A stretch of DNA of 62,503 bases from an uncultured archaeon (GCA_964389465.1 CAYMDK010000006.1:1-62503); one strand, 5' to 3'. Shown: positions 1 through 9,261, counted from the stretch's first letter. Notes: generated by a model not told the origin, from the letters alone. Numbers and translations are program-made.

Positions 1-1
1 C

Positions 2-55
2 GCCGCTGTCGCCGCCGTGGCCGTCATCGCGCTGCGCCGCCCGAGAAAAGCCTAA
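2..55 (+). CDS. 3' end of an upstream gene (partial): C-terminal membrane anchor plus basic tail
   Basis: Frame from base 2 reads AAVAAVAVIALRRPRKA-stop(TAA 53-55), a hydrophobic helix followed by basic residues as in surface-protein anchors. Confidence 0.6.
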   Translation, partial: AAVAAVAVIALRRPRKA

Positions 56-75
56 ACCCTCCCGGCACTGCAACC
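18..75 (+). repeat. Degenerate direct repeat, copy 1 (copy 2 at 1897-1959)
   Basis: tggccgtcatcgcgctgc is identical at 18-35 and 1897-1914; 43-75 matches 1927-1959 at 26/33 positions by manual alignment. Confidence 0.85.
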
Positions 76-78
76 CCG

Positions 79-1890
79 ATGCGCCCACGGCCGTTCCTGC
101 TGGTCGGTTTTTCCTGCTGCCTGCTCGCGCTCCTGCTCGCGGGACGAGGGGCTGGCGAAGAGTGGAGCGGAGAACTTGCCGAGGACGTGACGCTCTCTGA
201 TACTACGGTGACCGTTTCCGGAAACCTGACGATCCAGGACGGCGTCACGGTCGTGTTGCGCAACTCGACGCTGGAATTCGCTGATGATGCATGGCTTGCC
301 GTCGGCGAGGGTGCCAGCCTGAGGCTGTGGGATGTCGAGTGCCGCAACCTGACCAGCATTGAGGTGGATGGCGGGGGCCTGTTTATGTCGAACATCACGC
401 TGCCGGATGCCGAACTCCGGGTTACGAACGGTAGCGCCTCGCTCGTAGCGAGCAGCTTCGGCACTGTGCTGGAAGTGAATAGCGACGTGAGTTCGGGATA
501 CTGGTTGAACACGCGCTTTACGACACCGTTCGGAACACCCATCAACGGAGGGAACTGGAATTTCGCTTCTGGCGATAACAGCTGGTCGGGAAGCATTGGC
601 GAAACGGGAGAGTCTGGCTGGGTGGCCATTCTGGGTGAAGGGGCAGATGCCGGACCAATCAACCTGACGGGGGCTGTGGAAGAAATTCACTTTGGTCGGT
701 GGGAAGGCAGCCTGGCACTGGAAGCCAGTCAGGTACTCGAAGCACAACTTGAGGTGGGGCTAATGGTCGAGGGATTCCAGATTGTCGGTAGCGACTCGCG
801 CCTGACAGACGAGCCGTTCGAGCTGGTGGTCTCGGTCAGGAACACGGGTACTGCCCACCTCAACGTCAGCGCTACGCTGAGCGTGGTTGACACACGGTCG
901 TTGTCGCCCCTGAGCGGGACCGATGGGGGCCAGCTGAGCACGACAGAGATGCTGCAAATCCGTTACGGGGAGTCACGCACCATGTCACTGCCGAGTTCAG
1001 GAATTCCCTCGCCCGGTTCCTACCTCTGCTACTACCGTGTCTTTGCAGAACAGGTCATCAGCAGCCCGGTCGACGGCGAGGCAGAAATTCTGAGGAGTCA
1101 GATCGGCAGCCCGTTCGGTGCAGGAGATGCACTTGTGCTGGTAAGTAATGATGACGGAGTAACTACCATCCGGGCACCCCATCAGGGCATCCAGAAGGAA
1201 CTGCTTGTCAGCCAGACAGGGACCGTCACTGCAGGCCAGGAACTGATACTGGTCGAGCTTGACTTCGGCTCCAGCTCCCGCAAGATTGACATTGCCAGCC
1301 CTCCTTCCGAGCCGGAGAAATTCCTCGGCATAGAGTACCGTTACTGGATGGTCCTCCTGCCGCTTAGCGTCCTTGCAGGTGCCTACGGCCGGGAGCGCTA
1401 CAGGCTCGGCAGCTACCGGGTTGAGGAGGTCTACTTGCTTGACGGTATCGGCCGCGTCATCGCCCATTCCGGAGCCTCGGACGATTCCGGAATCGACCAG
1501 GACATCATGGGGTCCATGCTCCAGGCCCTGTCGGACTTCGTTTCAGAGTCGTTTCAGGCTGACGAATCCAGGACCCTGAAGAAGCTCGAGCATGGAGATT
1601 TACTGCTATTAATCGAGCGCGGCCGGAATGCGGTGCTGGCGCTGGTCGTCAGGGGACAGGAGAGACCTGAGATTCGTGAGCAGCTGGTTGGAGCGATAGA
1701 CCTTATTGAAAACCGGTTCGGCAGCGTCCTCGAGAACTGGGACGGGGACCTGGGCCGTTTCGAGGGTGCTGGTGAAATCATAGAGTCACTCGTCGTTATC
1801 CGCGAGTCGGTTACCTGGTACGTGAACCCGATGGCAATTATCTACAGCACTCGCGACCGGTTTGTCAGCTTCTGGCACCGCTTTTTCTGA
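79..1890 (+). CDS. Single-pass membrane protein: signal peptide, beta-rich/Ig-like ectodomain, TM, cytoplasmic longin/roadblock-like domain
   Basis: 603 aa; hydrophobic N-terminus; TM YWMVLLPLSVLAGAY followed by RERYR; C-terminal VEEVYLLDGIGRVIAH..DQDIMGSMLQALSDFVSESF..LLIERG..LALVV..WDG pattern. Confidence 0.75.
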   Translation: MRPRPFLLVGFSCCLLALLLAGRGAGEEWSGELAEDVTLSDTTVTVSGNLTIQDGVTVVLRNSTLEFADDAWLAVGEGASLRLWDVECRNLTSIEVDGGGLFMSNITLPDAELRVTNGSASLVASSFGTVLEVNSDVSSGYWLNTRFTTPFGTPINGGNWNFASGDNSWSGSIGETGESGWVAILGEGADAGPINLTGAVEEIHFGRWEGSLALEASQVLEAQLEVGLMVEGFQIVGSDSRLTDEPFELVVSVRNTGTAHLNVSATLSVVDTRSLSPLSGTDGGQLSTTEMLQIRYGESRTMSLPSSGIPSPGSYLCYYRVFAEQVISSPVDGEAEILRSQIGSPFGAGDALVLVSNDDGVTTIRAPHQGIQKELLVSQTGTVTAGQELILVELDFGSSSRKIDIASPPSEPEKFLGIEYRYWMVLLPLSVLAGAYGRERYRLGSYRVEEVYLLDGIGRVIAHSGASDDSGIDQDIMGSMLQALSDFVSESFQADESRTLKKLEHGDLLLLIERGRNAVLALVVRGQERPEIREQLVGAIDLIENRFGSVLENWDGDLGRFEGAGEIIESLVVIRESVTWYVNPMAIIYSTRDRFVSFWHRFF

Positions 1891-1896
1891 CGCGAT

Positions 1897-1959
1897 TGGC
1901 CGTCATCGCGCTGCACCAACGGCGTTGAGAAAAACCTGAACTCACTCGGCACGGAAACC
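1897..1959 (+). repeat. Degenerate direct repeat, copy 2 (anchor-tail remnant LAVIALHQRR-stop)
   Basis: See copy 1; 1896-1928 translates LAVIALHQRR* versus VAVIALRRPRKA* in copy 1. Confidence 0.85.
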
Positions 1960-1969
1960 ACTAGTAGGG

Positions 1970-4900
1970 CTAGACTTCCATCTTACCTTCGGCACCACAG
2001 TTTTCACAAACAACCATCTGCAAGGTTCCAAGGCGCGGGACTTTCATATTGATTCCACAGGCAGGACACACGACGGTAACGTCTTCTTCCTTCTTCAGCG
2101 CGAACTTATCGTCATAATCCAGAGCGCCTATGCCGAATGTCCTGTATTTCCGGTAGGCATAGTATCCCACGGCAAGCAGCAGGATAGCGGTCGGGAAGAA
2201 AATCCTGAACAGGGGACTCTCAAAGAAAGCAAGAGAACTGGACTCGCCAACAGTCACCACAGCCTCATCGAAACCCGTAGCACCCTCATTGTCCGTAACG
2301 CGCAGAATCACCAGGTACGAGCCTTCGTCATCATAGACGTGCGAGGCAATCCCGTCCGAAGAGCTGTAATCAAAGACACCATCGCCGTCGAAGTCCCACT
2401 CGTAGAGCACGACGGTGCCGTCGTGGTCTATGGCGGTGCCGAAGAACACGGCCTGAGAACCGGGAGATATCTTCAGGTCAGGGCCAGCATCGGCGACTGG
2501 GGCCATATTAGAGCCAAAGACGGCGAATACGGAAAAGTCGGAGAAGTGCCCCCAGACAGTGCCGTTCTCCAGGTCCACGGCACCTGTTTCGGAAGCTTCC
2601 CACCCACCTTCCTCGGAATAATGGTAAACTCGCAGTGTGTCAGCGCTTACGCTGTCGGGCAGGATGCTGATATCAAAATTCAGGGTTACATTGGCATAAT
2701 CCAGGGAATCCTGGATAGTCATATCGATTGATATCGAAACATAGATTCCGATGTCCTTCAGGGTACCATTATCCGGCAGGGGCGGAGTTACGTCAACGGA
2801 AGTAACTGTAACGTTTCCAGACGCAATGTCTCCAACTACGAGTTCTAGCAGCAACCCCAGATCCTCCCAAGTGTTCAGAGTGACGGGCGTTCCGGGGGAG
2901 ATATCGACTTGCTGTGCTGGTTCCCTTTCTATCACCAGACCAACGGTCGCATTCTCCGACCACGCGCCATCATCATCCTGCACCCGGAAGGTGATAGTGT
3001 GGTTACCGACGGAGAGCAAATTGGAATCAAAACTGTCTGTTGTGCTCAACAGGCCGTCGATATCCGACCGCCACTCGAACGCAATGACGTAACCATCGGT
3101 ATCATTCCACTCCGCAGAGAAGGAAACCACCTCGTTCTCGTAGACGGGATTGGGGCCTACGTCGAGATTCCAGACTGCTGGGGGGTCGTTCCCGGTTTCG
3201 TTTCCTGACACCGTCTTTTTGAAGGCGTAGACCTTGTAGTCATAGGAGCCGGCGGCGATGTACTCGCCGTCCGCCGAGATGGCCACCGAGTACACCCCAG
3301 TCCCGGCGGTGTAGTTCCAGAGCGGGGTGCTGCTGTTCTTGTCGAAAAGATAAACATTGTAATCGAGAGAGCCGGCGGCAATGTACTCGCCGTCCGCCGA
3401 GATGGCGACTGACAACACAGCACTCCCAGTACCGTAGCTCCAGAGGGGAAAACTGCTGTCCTTGTGGAAGAGGGAGACAGAGTTGTCATTGGAGCCGGCG
3501 GCGATGTACTCGCCGTCCGCAGATATGGCGACGGAGGTCACCACATCCTCAGTGGGGTGGTTCCAGAGCGGCGTGCTACCACCCCTGCCAAATAGGTACA
3601 CATTTCTGTTATCACTGCCAGCTACGACATAATTACCATCTGCAGAGATAGCGACTGAATTTACAACAGTTGGAGCCGAATGGCTCCATAACGGAGTGCT
3701 GCTGTCCTCGGCGAAAAGATAAACCTTGTAATCTCGAGAGCCGGCGGCAATGTACTCACCGTGGGCCGAGACGGCGACCGAGAGCACAATATCCCCGGTT
3801 GTGTAGTTCCAGAGGGGTGTACTGCTGTCCTTGCCGAAGAAGTAAACCTTGTTGTCATCGGAGCCGGCGGCGATGTACTCGCCGTCCTTCGAGATGGCAA
3901 CCGAGAGCACATCAGACTCAGTGGTGTAGCTCCAGAGTGGCGTGCTGCTGTCCTTGTGGAAGAGGTAGACCTTGTTATCCCGAGAGCCGGCGGCGATGTA
4001 CTCCCCGTCCGGCGAGATGGCAACCGACCACACATAATGCCCAGTGGTATAGCTCCAGAGCGGCGTGCTGCTGTCCTTGTCAAAGAGGTAGACTTTGTAG
4101 TCTCTGGAGCCAGCGACGATGTACTCCCCGTCCGCCGAGACGGCGACCGAATGCATCCAACTCCCGGAGGTGTAGTTCCAGGGAAGTTCACTTTCCTCTT
4201 CCTGCTCCAGTATATCCAGACCAAACAGCGCCCACGACGACCAGGCACCGCCGTCATCCTGCACCCGGAAGGAGATAGTGTTTTTGCCGACGGAAAGCGT
4301 GTCGGAACTGAAGCTGCCGTCTGTGCTCAGCAGGCCATCAATGTCAGACACCCACTCGAACGCGACGACGTAACCATCAGTGTCGTTCCACTCCGCAGAG
4401 AAGGAAACCAGATCGTCCCGATAGGCGGGATTGGGATTTATGGTAACGTTCCAGACGGTGGGAGGCTCGTTATCGCCGGTTGTTACTGTTTTTCCGAAGG
4501 CGTAAACCTTTTCGTCCCTGGAGCCAACGGCGAGGTACTCGCCGTCCGCCGAGATGGCGACCGAGTGCACATCGTCCCGAGTGGTGTAGCTCCAGAGCGG
4601 TGTACCGCTTTCCTTGTCGAAGAGGTAGACCTTGTCGTCGTAGGAGCCGGCGACGATGTACTCCCCGTCCGCCGAGATGGCCACCGAGCGCACGATATCT
4701 TCGGCCTGGTAGCTCCAGAGGGGGTCGTTGGCGTCCTTGTCGAAGAGGTAGACCTTGTTGTCCCAAGTTCCGAAGGCGATGTACTCCCCGTCCGCCGAGA
4801 TGGAGATTGATGTCGAATCAGTCCCAGTACCGTAGCTCCAGAGTGGCATGCTGCTGTACTTGTCGAAAAGGTAGACGTGTTCGCTAGAGCTAGCGATGAT

Positions 4901-6547
4901 GTATCCGCCATCAGCCGAGATGGCAACCGACCACACAGTACCCTCGGTGGTGTAGTTCCAGAGTGGCATCTTGCTGTCCTTGTTGAATAGGTAAATCTTT
5001 TTGTCATAGGAGCCGGCGACGATGTACTCGCCATCCGCCGAGATGGCCAGCGAGCGCACCCCATCTCCGGTGGTGTTGGTCCATAGCTCGATGCCCTCCC
5101 TGTCAAAGAGGTAGACCTTGTTGTCAGCGGAACCGGCAGCGATGTACTCACCGTCGGCCGAGATTGCGACCGAATGCACACCCCCGGTGGAGTAGTTCCA
5201 GAGCGGTGTGCTGTTGTCCTTGTCAAAGAGGTAGACCTTACCCTCGTCTTCCCCCACGCCGACATTCGAACCAGCGGCGATATACTCGCCGTCCGCCGAG
5301 ATGGCAACCGAGTCCACAATACCCCCGGTGGTGTAGCTCCAGAGAGGAGTGCTACTGTCCTTCTCGAAAAGGTATACCTTAAAATCCTTGGAGCTGGCAA
5401 CGATGTACTCGCCGTCCGCCGAGATGGCGATCGACATCACTGCGCTGGTGATGGTGTAGCTCCAGAGCGGCATATTGTTGTCCTTGCCGAAGAGGTAAAC
5501 CTTGTTGTCACCGGAGCCGACAGCGATGTACTCTCCGTCCGCCGAGATGGCCACCGAATACACAATATCTCCAGTGGTGTAGCTCCAGAGCGGAGTGCTG
5601 CTGTCTTTGTCGAAGAAGTAGACCTTGTTATCATTATTATAAGAGCCGGCAGTGATGTACTCGCCGTCAGCAGAGATGGAAACCGAATACACTATGCTCC
5701 CGGTCTCGTAGCTCCAGAGAGGCGTGCTGCTGGCATTGTCGAAGAGGTAGACATAGCTGTCAAAGGAGCCGGCGGCGATGTACTCCCCGTCCTTCGAGAT
5801 GGCGACCGAGTACACGCTGCCCCCGGTCTCGTAGTTCCAGAGTGGCGTCTTGCTGTACTTGTCGAAGAGATAGACTCCGCCGTCATAAGAGCCGGCGGCG
5901 ATGTACTCCCCGTCAGCAGAGATGGCGACCGTGCGCACATCATCCCCGGTGGTATGGTTCCAGAGGGGCGTGCTGCTGTCCTTGTCAAAGAGGTAAGCCT
6001 TGTCGTCATCGGAGCCGGCAGCGATATACTCGCCGTCCGCCGAGATGGAGACCGACCACACAGCGCTCCCGGTTTCGTAGCTCCAGAGGGGCGTGCTGCT
6101 GTCCTTGTCAAAAAGGTAAATTTTGTCTGAGCCTGCGACTACGTACTCCCCGTCCGCCGAGATAGAGACCGAGTGCACATCATTCCCAGTGGTATGGCTC
6201 CAGAGGGGCGTGCTATCGTCCTTGTGGAATAGGTAGACCTTGTTGTCAGCGGAGCCGGCGGCGATGTACTCGCCGTCCGCCGAGATGGTCACCGAGCGCA
6301 CATAATTCCCGGTGCTGTAGCTCCAGAGTGGAGTGCTACTGTCCTTGTCAAAGAGGTAAACCTTGTCATCATAGGAGCCGGTAGCGATGTACTCCCCGTC
6401 AGCAGAGATGGATACCATATGTACTTCACCTCCGGTGGTGTAACTCCACTCATGGTCTATCGCCTCAGCCCCCTCGGAAACAAACAGCACCACCACCACA
6501 AGCAGCAGTAAAACAGCGAGTGGCAGTCTTACGGAGTGTGTGTCCAC
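1970..6547 (-). CDS. Large surface protein: 16+8 WD40/PQQ-like propeller blades, PKD/Ig domains, TM, cytoplasmic zinc ribbon
   Basis: 1525 aa; signal peptide; 24 copies of ~41-aa VxSVAISADGEYIAAGSxDxKVYLFDKDSSTPLWSYTTG; PKD motifs (WDFDGDG, VTDNEG); TM; CPAC...CENC. Confidence 0.9.
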   Translation of the reverse strand: MDTHSVRLPLAVLLLLVVVVLFVSEGAEAIDHEWSYTTGGEVHMVSISADGEYIATGSYDDKVYLFDKDSSTPLWSYSTGNYVRSVTISADGEYIAAGSADNKVYLFHKDDSTPLWSHTTGNDVHSVSISADGEYVVAGSDKIYLFDKDSSTPLWSYETGSAVWSVSISADGEYIAAGSDDDKAYLFDKDSSTPLWNHTTGDDVRTVAISADGEYIAAGSYDGGVYLFDKYSKTPLWNYETGGSVYSVAISKDGEYIAAGSFDSYVYLFDNASSTPLWSYETGSIVYSVSISADGEYITAGSYNNDNKVYFFDKDSSTPLWSYTTGDIVYSVAISADGEYIAVGSGDNKVYLFGKDNNMPLWSYTITSAVMSIAISADGEYIVASSKDFKVYLFEKDSSTPLWSYTTGGIVDSVAISADGEYIAAGSNVGVGEDEGKVYLFDKDNSTPLWNYSTGGVHSVAISADGEYIAAGSADNKVYLFDREGIELWTNTTGDGVRSLAISADGEYIVAGSYDKKIYLFNKDSKMPLWNYTTEGTVWSVAISADGGYIIASSSEHVYLFDKYSSMPLWSYGTGTDSTSISISADGEYIAFGTWDNKVYLFDKDANDPLWSYQAEDIVRSVAISADGEYIVAGSYDDKVYLFDKESGTPLWSYTTRDDVHSVAISADGEYLAVGSRDEKVYAFGKTVTTGDNEPPTVWNVTINPNPAYRDDLVSFSAEWNDTDGYVVAFEWVSDIDGLLSTDGSFSSDTLSVGKNTISFRVQDDGGAWSSWALFGLDILEQEEESELPWNYTSGSWMHSVAVSADGEYIVAGSRDYKVYLFDKDSSTPLWSYTTGHYVWSVAISPDGEYIAAGSRDNKVYLFHKDSSTPLWSYTTESDVLSVAISKDGEYIAAGSDDNKVYFFGKDSSTPLWNYTTGDIVLSVAVSAHGEYIAAGSRDYKVYLFAEDSSTPLWSHSAPTVVNSVAISADGNYVVAGSDNRNVYLFGRGGSTPLWNHPTEDVVTSVAISADGEYIAAGSNDNSVSLFHKDSSFPLWSYGTGSAVLSVAISADGEYIAAGSLDYNVYLFDKNSSTPLWNYTAGTGVYSVAISADGEYIAAGSYDYKVYAFKKTVSGNETGNDPPAVWNLDVGPNPVYENEVVSFSAEWNDTDGYVIAFEWRSDIDGLLSTTDSFDSNLLSVGNHTITFRVQDDDGAWSENATVGLVIEREPAQQVDISPGTPVTLNTWEDLGLLLELVVGDIASGNVTVTSVDVTPPLPDNGTLKDIGIYVSISIDMTIQDSLDYANVTLNFDISILPDSVSADTLRVYHYSEEGGWEASETGAVDLENGTVWGHFSDFSVFAVFGSNMAPVADAGPDLKISPGSQAVFFGTAIDHDGTVVLYEWDFDGDGVFDYSSSDGIASHVYDDEGSYLVILRVTDNEGATGFDEAVVTVGESSSLAFFESPLFRIFFPTAILLLAVGYYAYRKYRTFGIGALDYDDKFALKKEEDVTVVCPACGINMKVPRLGTLQMVVCENCGAEGKMEV
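3215..6450 (-). repeat. Intragenic tandem ~123-bp repeats (two blocks of 8 and 16 units)
   Basis: Recurrent gatgtactcgccgtccgccgagatggc and gtagctccagag motifs at ~123-bp period; boundaries approximate. Confidence 0.9.
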
Positions 6548-6660
6548 GCGCTTCAGTCGAAACGGGGCTGGCTAAAGTGTTTATGTTTCTTTGATAGAAG
6601 CATTAAGTAAGGCTCGGCAGGCAGCCCCAACTCCCTTTTAGTGGGAGACAATCCGCCCGC

Positions 6661-7935
6661 ATGGCGCGCACCTCGGCCGTCCCCGGTTTCTACAAGCTCT
6701 CGCCGGCAGAGCGGCTGCAAATCGTCTGCGATTTTGCCGGCCTTAACGACGAGGAAGCAGCGGCGCTGGGCGGCTTCGGCGCGCTCGGCGGCGAGACCGC
6801 CAACCGCATGATTGAGAATGTCGTCGGCAGCTTCCCGCTGCCGCTCGGTGTCGCGGCCAACTTCAAGGTCAACGGCGAAGAACTCTTCGTGCCGATGGCG
6901 CTGGAGGAGCCATCGGTTGTCGCCGCCGCGAGCCACATGGCGAAAGGCACGCTGCCGGCTGGCATCGCGGCGGAGACCGACGACCCGGTGATGATCGGGC
7001 AAATCCAGCTGGTCGACCTTGACGACGCGTTCGCCGCCAAGGCGGCGGTCGAGGCGGCGGCCGATGAAATCGTCGCACTCGCCAACGAGCAGGACCCCAT
7101 ACTGGTGAAGTTCGGCGGCGGCTGCCGTGGCATCGAAGTCAGGGTGCTCGACTCCGCTGCGGGGCCGATGGTGATAACGCACCTGCTGGTCGACTGCCGG
7201 GACGCGATGGGCGCCAACGCCGTCAACACAATGGCCGAGGCGGTCGCGCCGAGGCTTGAGACGCTCACCGGCGGCCGCGTCTACCTGCGCATTATCTCCA
7301 ACCTGGCGGTGCACCGCAAGGTGCGCGCCAGCGCGACCTGGCCGGCAGAGTTCCTCGGTGGCGAAGAGGTGGTCGACGGCATCATCGCCGCCTACGCCTT
7401 CGCGTGCGCCGACCCGTTCCGCGTCGCGACGCACAACAAGGGCATCATGAACGGGATTGACCCGGTGGTGATTGCGACCGGCAACGACTGGCGCGCGATT
7501 GAGGCCGGCGCACACAGCTACGGCGGCTGGAAGGAGGGCGACGGCTCGTTCACCCGCTGGGAAAAGAACGGCGACGGCGACCTGAACGGCAGTATCGAGC
7601 TGCCGATGGCGGTCGGCCTCGTCGGCGGCGCGACCGCCACGCACCCGACGGCGAAGGCGTGCGTCAGGATGATGGGGCTCGAGATTCCGGGCGGCGCGGC
7701 GAAGCTGGCGGGCATCATTGCCGCGGTCGGGCTCTGCCAGAACCTTGGTGCGTTGCGCGCGCTCGCTTCGGAAGGTATCCAGCGCGGCCACATGGGGCTG
7801 CACGCGCGCAACCTCGCCGTGGCGGCCGGCGCTGAGGAGAGTGAAATCGAGGCGGTCGCCGAGCGGCTCAAGCGCGAGGGGAAGGTGCGCGCCGATTTGG
7901 CGGCACAGTTCCTCGAAGAGCTGCGGGCAGGCTGA
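6661..7935 (+). CDS. mvaA: Hydroxymethylglutaryl-CoA reductase, class II
   Basis: ENVVG, DAMGAN, THNKGIMNG, GNDWRAIEAG and EGIQRGHM motifs. Confidence 0.95.
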   Translation: MARTSAVPGFYKLSPAERLQIVCDFAGLNDEEAAALGGFGALGGETANRMIENVVGSFPLPLGVAANFKVNGEELFVPMALEEPSVVAAASHMAKGTLPAGIAAETDDPVMIGQIQLVDLDDAFAAKAAVEAAADEIVALANEQDPILVKFGGGCRGIEVRVLDSAAGPMVITHLLVDCRDAMGANAVNTMAEAVAPRLETLTGGRVYLRIISNLAVHRKVRASATWPAEFLGGEEVVDGIIAAYAFACADPFRVATHNKGIMNGIDPVVIATGNDWRAIEAGAHSYGGWKEGDGSFTRWEKNGDGDLNGSIELPMAVGLVGGATATHPTAKACVRMMGLEIPGGAAKLAGIIAAVGLCQNLGALRALASEGIQRGHMGLHARNLAVAAGAEESEIEAVAERLKREGKVRADLAAQFLEELRAG

Positions 7936-8405
7936 TGCCGGTCCTCAGCGACGAAGCGATTCTCGCGGCGCTCGATGCGGGACAACTCGAAATTGAACCG
8001 TTCGACGCCAACGGCCTGACGCCGAATGGCTACGACCTGCGCATCGGCGAGATTGCGCTGGCGGACGGGGAGCCGATAACGGAAGGCACGCTCAGCGTGC
8101 CGCCTCAGGTGCGCTTCGCGGTCTCGACGCTCGAGCGCGTCGCCTGCGGTCCCGCGCTCTGCGGGCAGCTCTGGCTGCGCAGTACCTGGGCGCGACGCGG
8201 CGTACAAGCGAGCTTCGGCAAGGTCGACGCCGGCTTCAACGGGACGCTGACACTGCCCGGCCTGAACGCGGCCGCGGAGCCGCTCACGCTCACCGTCGGC
8301 GAAACTTACTGCCAACTCGTAATCGAGGCACTGACTTCGCCCGCGTCCGGCACCTACGGCGACCGCAGCGGCAACTACCAGCACCAGCGCGGCGTCACTT
8401 GGTGA
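7935..8405 (+). CDS. dcd: dCTP deaminase / dUTPase family
   Basis: LSD..I, PNGYDLR, LRSTWAR, VDAGFNG, YGDRSGNYQHQRG; TGATG coupling to mvaA. Confidence 0.9.
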   Translation: MPVLSDEAILAALDAGQLEIEPFDANGLTPNGYDLRIGEIALADGEPITEGTLSVPPQVRFAVSTLERVACGPALCGQLWLRSTWARRGVQASFGKVDAGFNGTLTLPGLNAAAEPLTLTVGETYCQLVIEALTSPASGTYGDRSGNYQHQRGVTW

Positions 8406-9150
8406 CGCTGCGCGTCAGGTGCGCGACCACTTCAGCAAAGCCGGCGCCGCCATCCGATTCCGTGACATAGCGCGGCGCGTGCTCGAGCAGGTCGCCGTAA
8501 TCCACCACGGAGGCGACGCCGACCGACAGTTCGAATGCCCTGAACATCGGCGCGTCGTTGGGCGAATCACCGACGTAGACGCACGCCTCGCGCCTCAGCC
8601 CGAGCGCGTCCAGCAACCGCTCGCTCATTGCCAGCTTGTCCCAGTCGCCGAACCAGCAGTTGACGTGGATGCTCGAGACCGCGGCGCGCGCCCCCTGCGC
8701 GCGAGCGAACTCCGCCACCGCGTCAGCCCACTCGAGACCTAGGTCGCATTCCTCGGCGAAGTCGATGGCCAAATCGTGGACGCGCCACGGCTGGTCGGCC
8801 GCCCGTTGCGCTGCCGGGAATGCCTCGCGCACGGCATCCCACAACCCCGCCAGGCGGTCCCTCGCTTCCGCCGCCGGCTGCCAGTCGTTGCGCTCGAGCT
8901 TGCCGTCGACGAGCCGCATCGCGAGCGCGCCGTTCTCGCCGACGACGCCGTCGAGCGGCCACCAGCGCGCCATCAGGTCGCACCAGCCGGCGGGGCGGCC
9001 GGTGACAGCGACCGTGCGCAGCCCCGCCTCCCGCGCCTGCGCCAGCGCCGCGTACGCTGCGGGCGCGAGCCGCGCATCGACCAGCGTCCCGTCCAGGTCG
9101 AAAAGCAGCGCCCTGACTCCCGCGACGGGCAGCTCGGAGATGGGGTGCAT
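8395..9150 (-). CDS. HAD-superfamily hydrolase (subfamily IIB)
   Basis: FDLDGTL, VTGR, GENG, GDSPND motifs; start re-chosen at ATG 9150. Confidence 0.85.
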   Translation of the reverse strand: MHPISELPVAGVRALLFDLDGTLVDARLAPAAYAALAQAREAGLRTVAVTGRPAGWCDLMARWWPLDGVVGENGALAMRLVDGKLERNDWQPAAEARDRLAGLWDAVREAFPAAQRAADQPWRVHDLAIDFAEECDLGLEWADAVAEFARAQGARAAVSSIHVNCWFGDWDKLAMSERLLDALGLRREACVYVGDSPNDAPMFRAFELSVGVASVVDYGDLLEHAPRYVTESDGGAGFAEVVAHLTRSVTK

Positions 9151-9261
9151 CGACTCCTGATTAGCGGCAGGCTTAAGCGCCTTCCATTCGGCAACTGCCG
9201 TTGGACTCAGTTTTTTATGGGCGGTTGTCGTCGAGGCGGTCCCGCTCAAGCGAGACTAACA

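Noticed and set aside
3215-6450. Propeller repeats as a CRISPR array or DGR template/variable pair
   Set aside because: Repeats are in-frame coding units without unique spacers; differences are not restricted to adenines; no cas or reverse transcriptase gene in the window.
6553-7803. Long antisense ORFs (also 27499..29202, 3761..4810, 5174..6130, 17437..18840 and many others)
   Set aside because: Shadow frames of GC-rich genes, low-complexity R/A/P or mirror-codon composition, no motifs.
8776-9261. N-terminal extension of the squalene synthase
   Set aside because: Overlaps the HAD gene on the opposite strand; family similarity begins only after ATG 9262.
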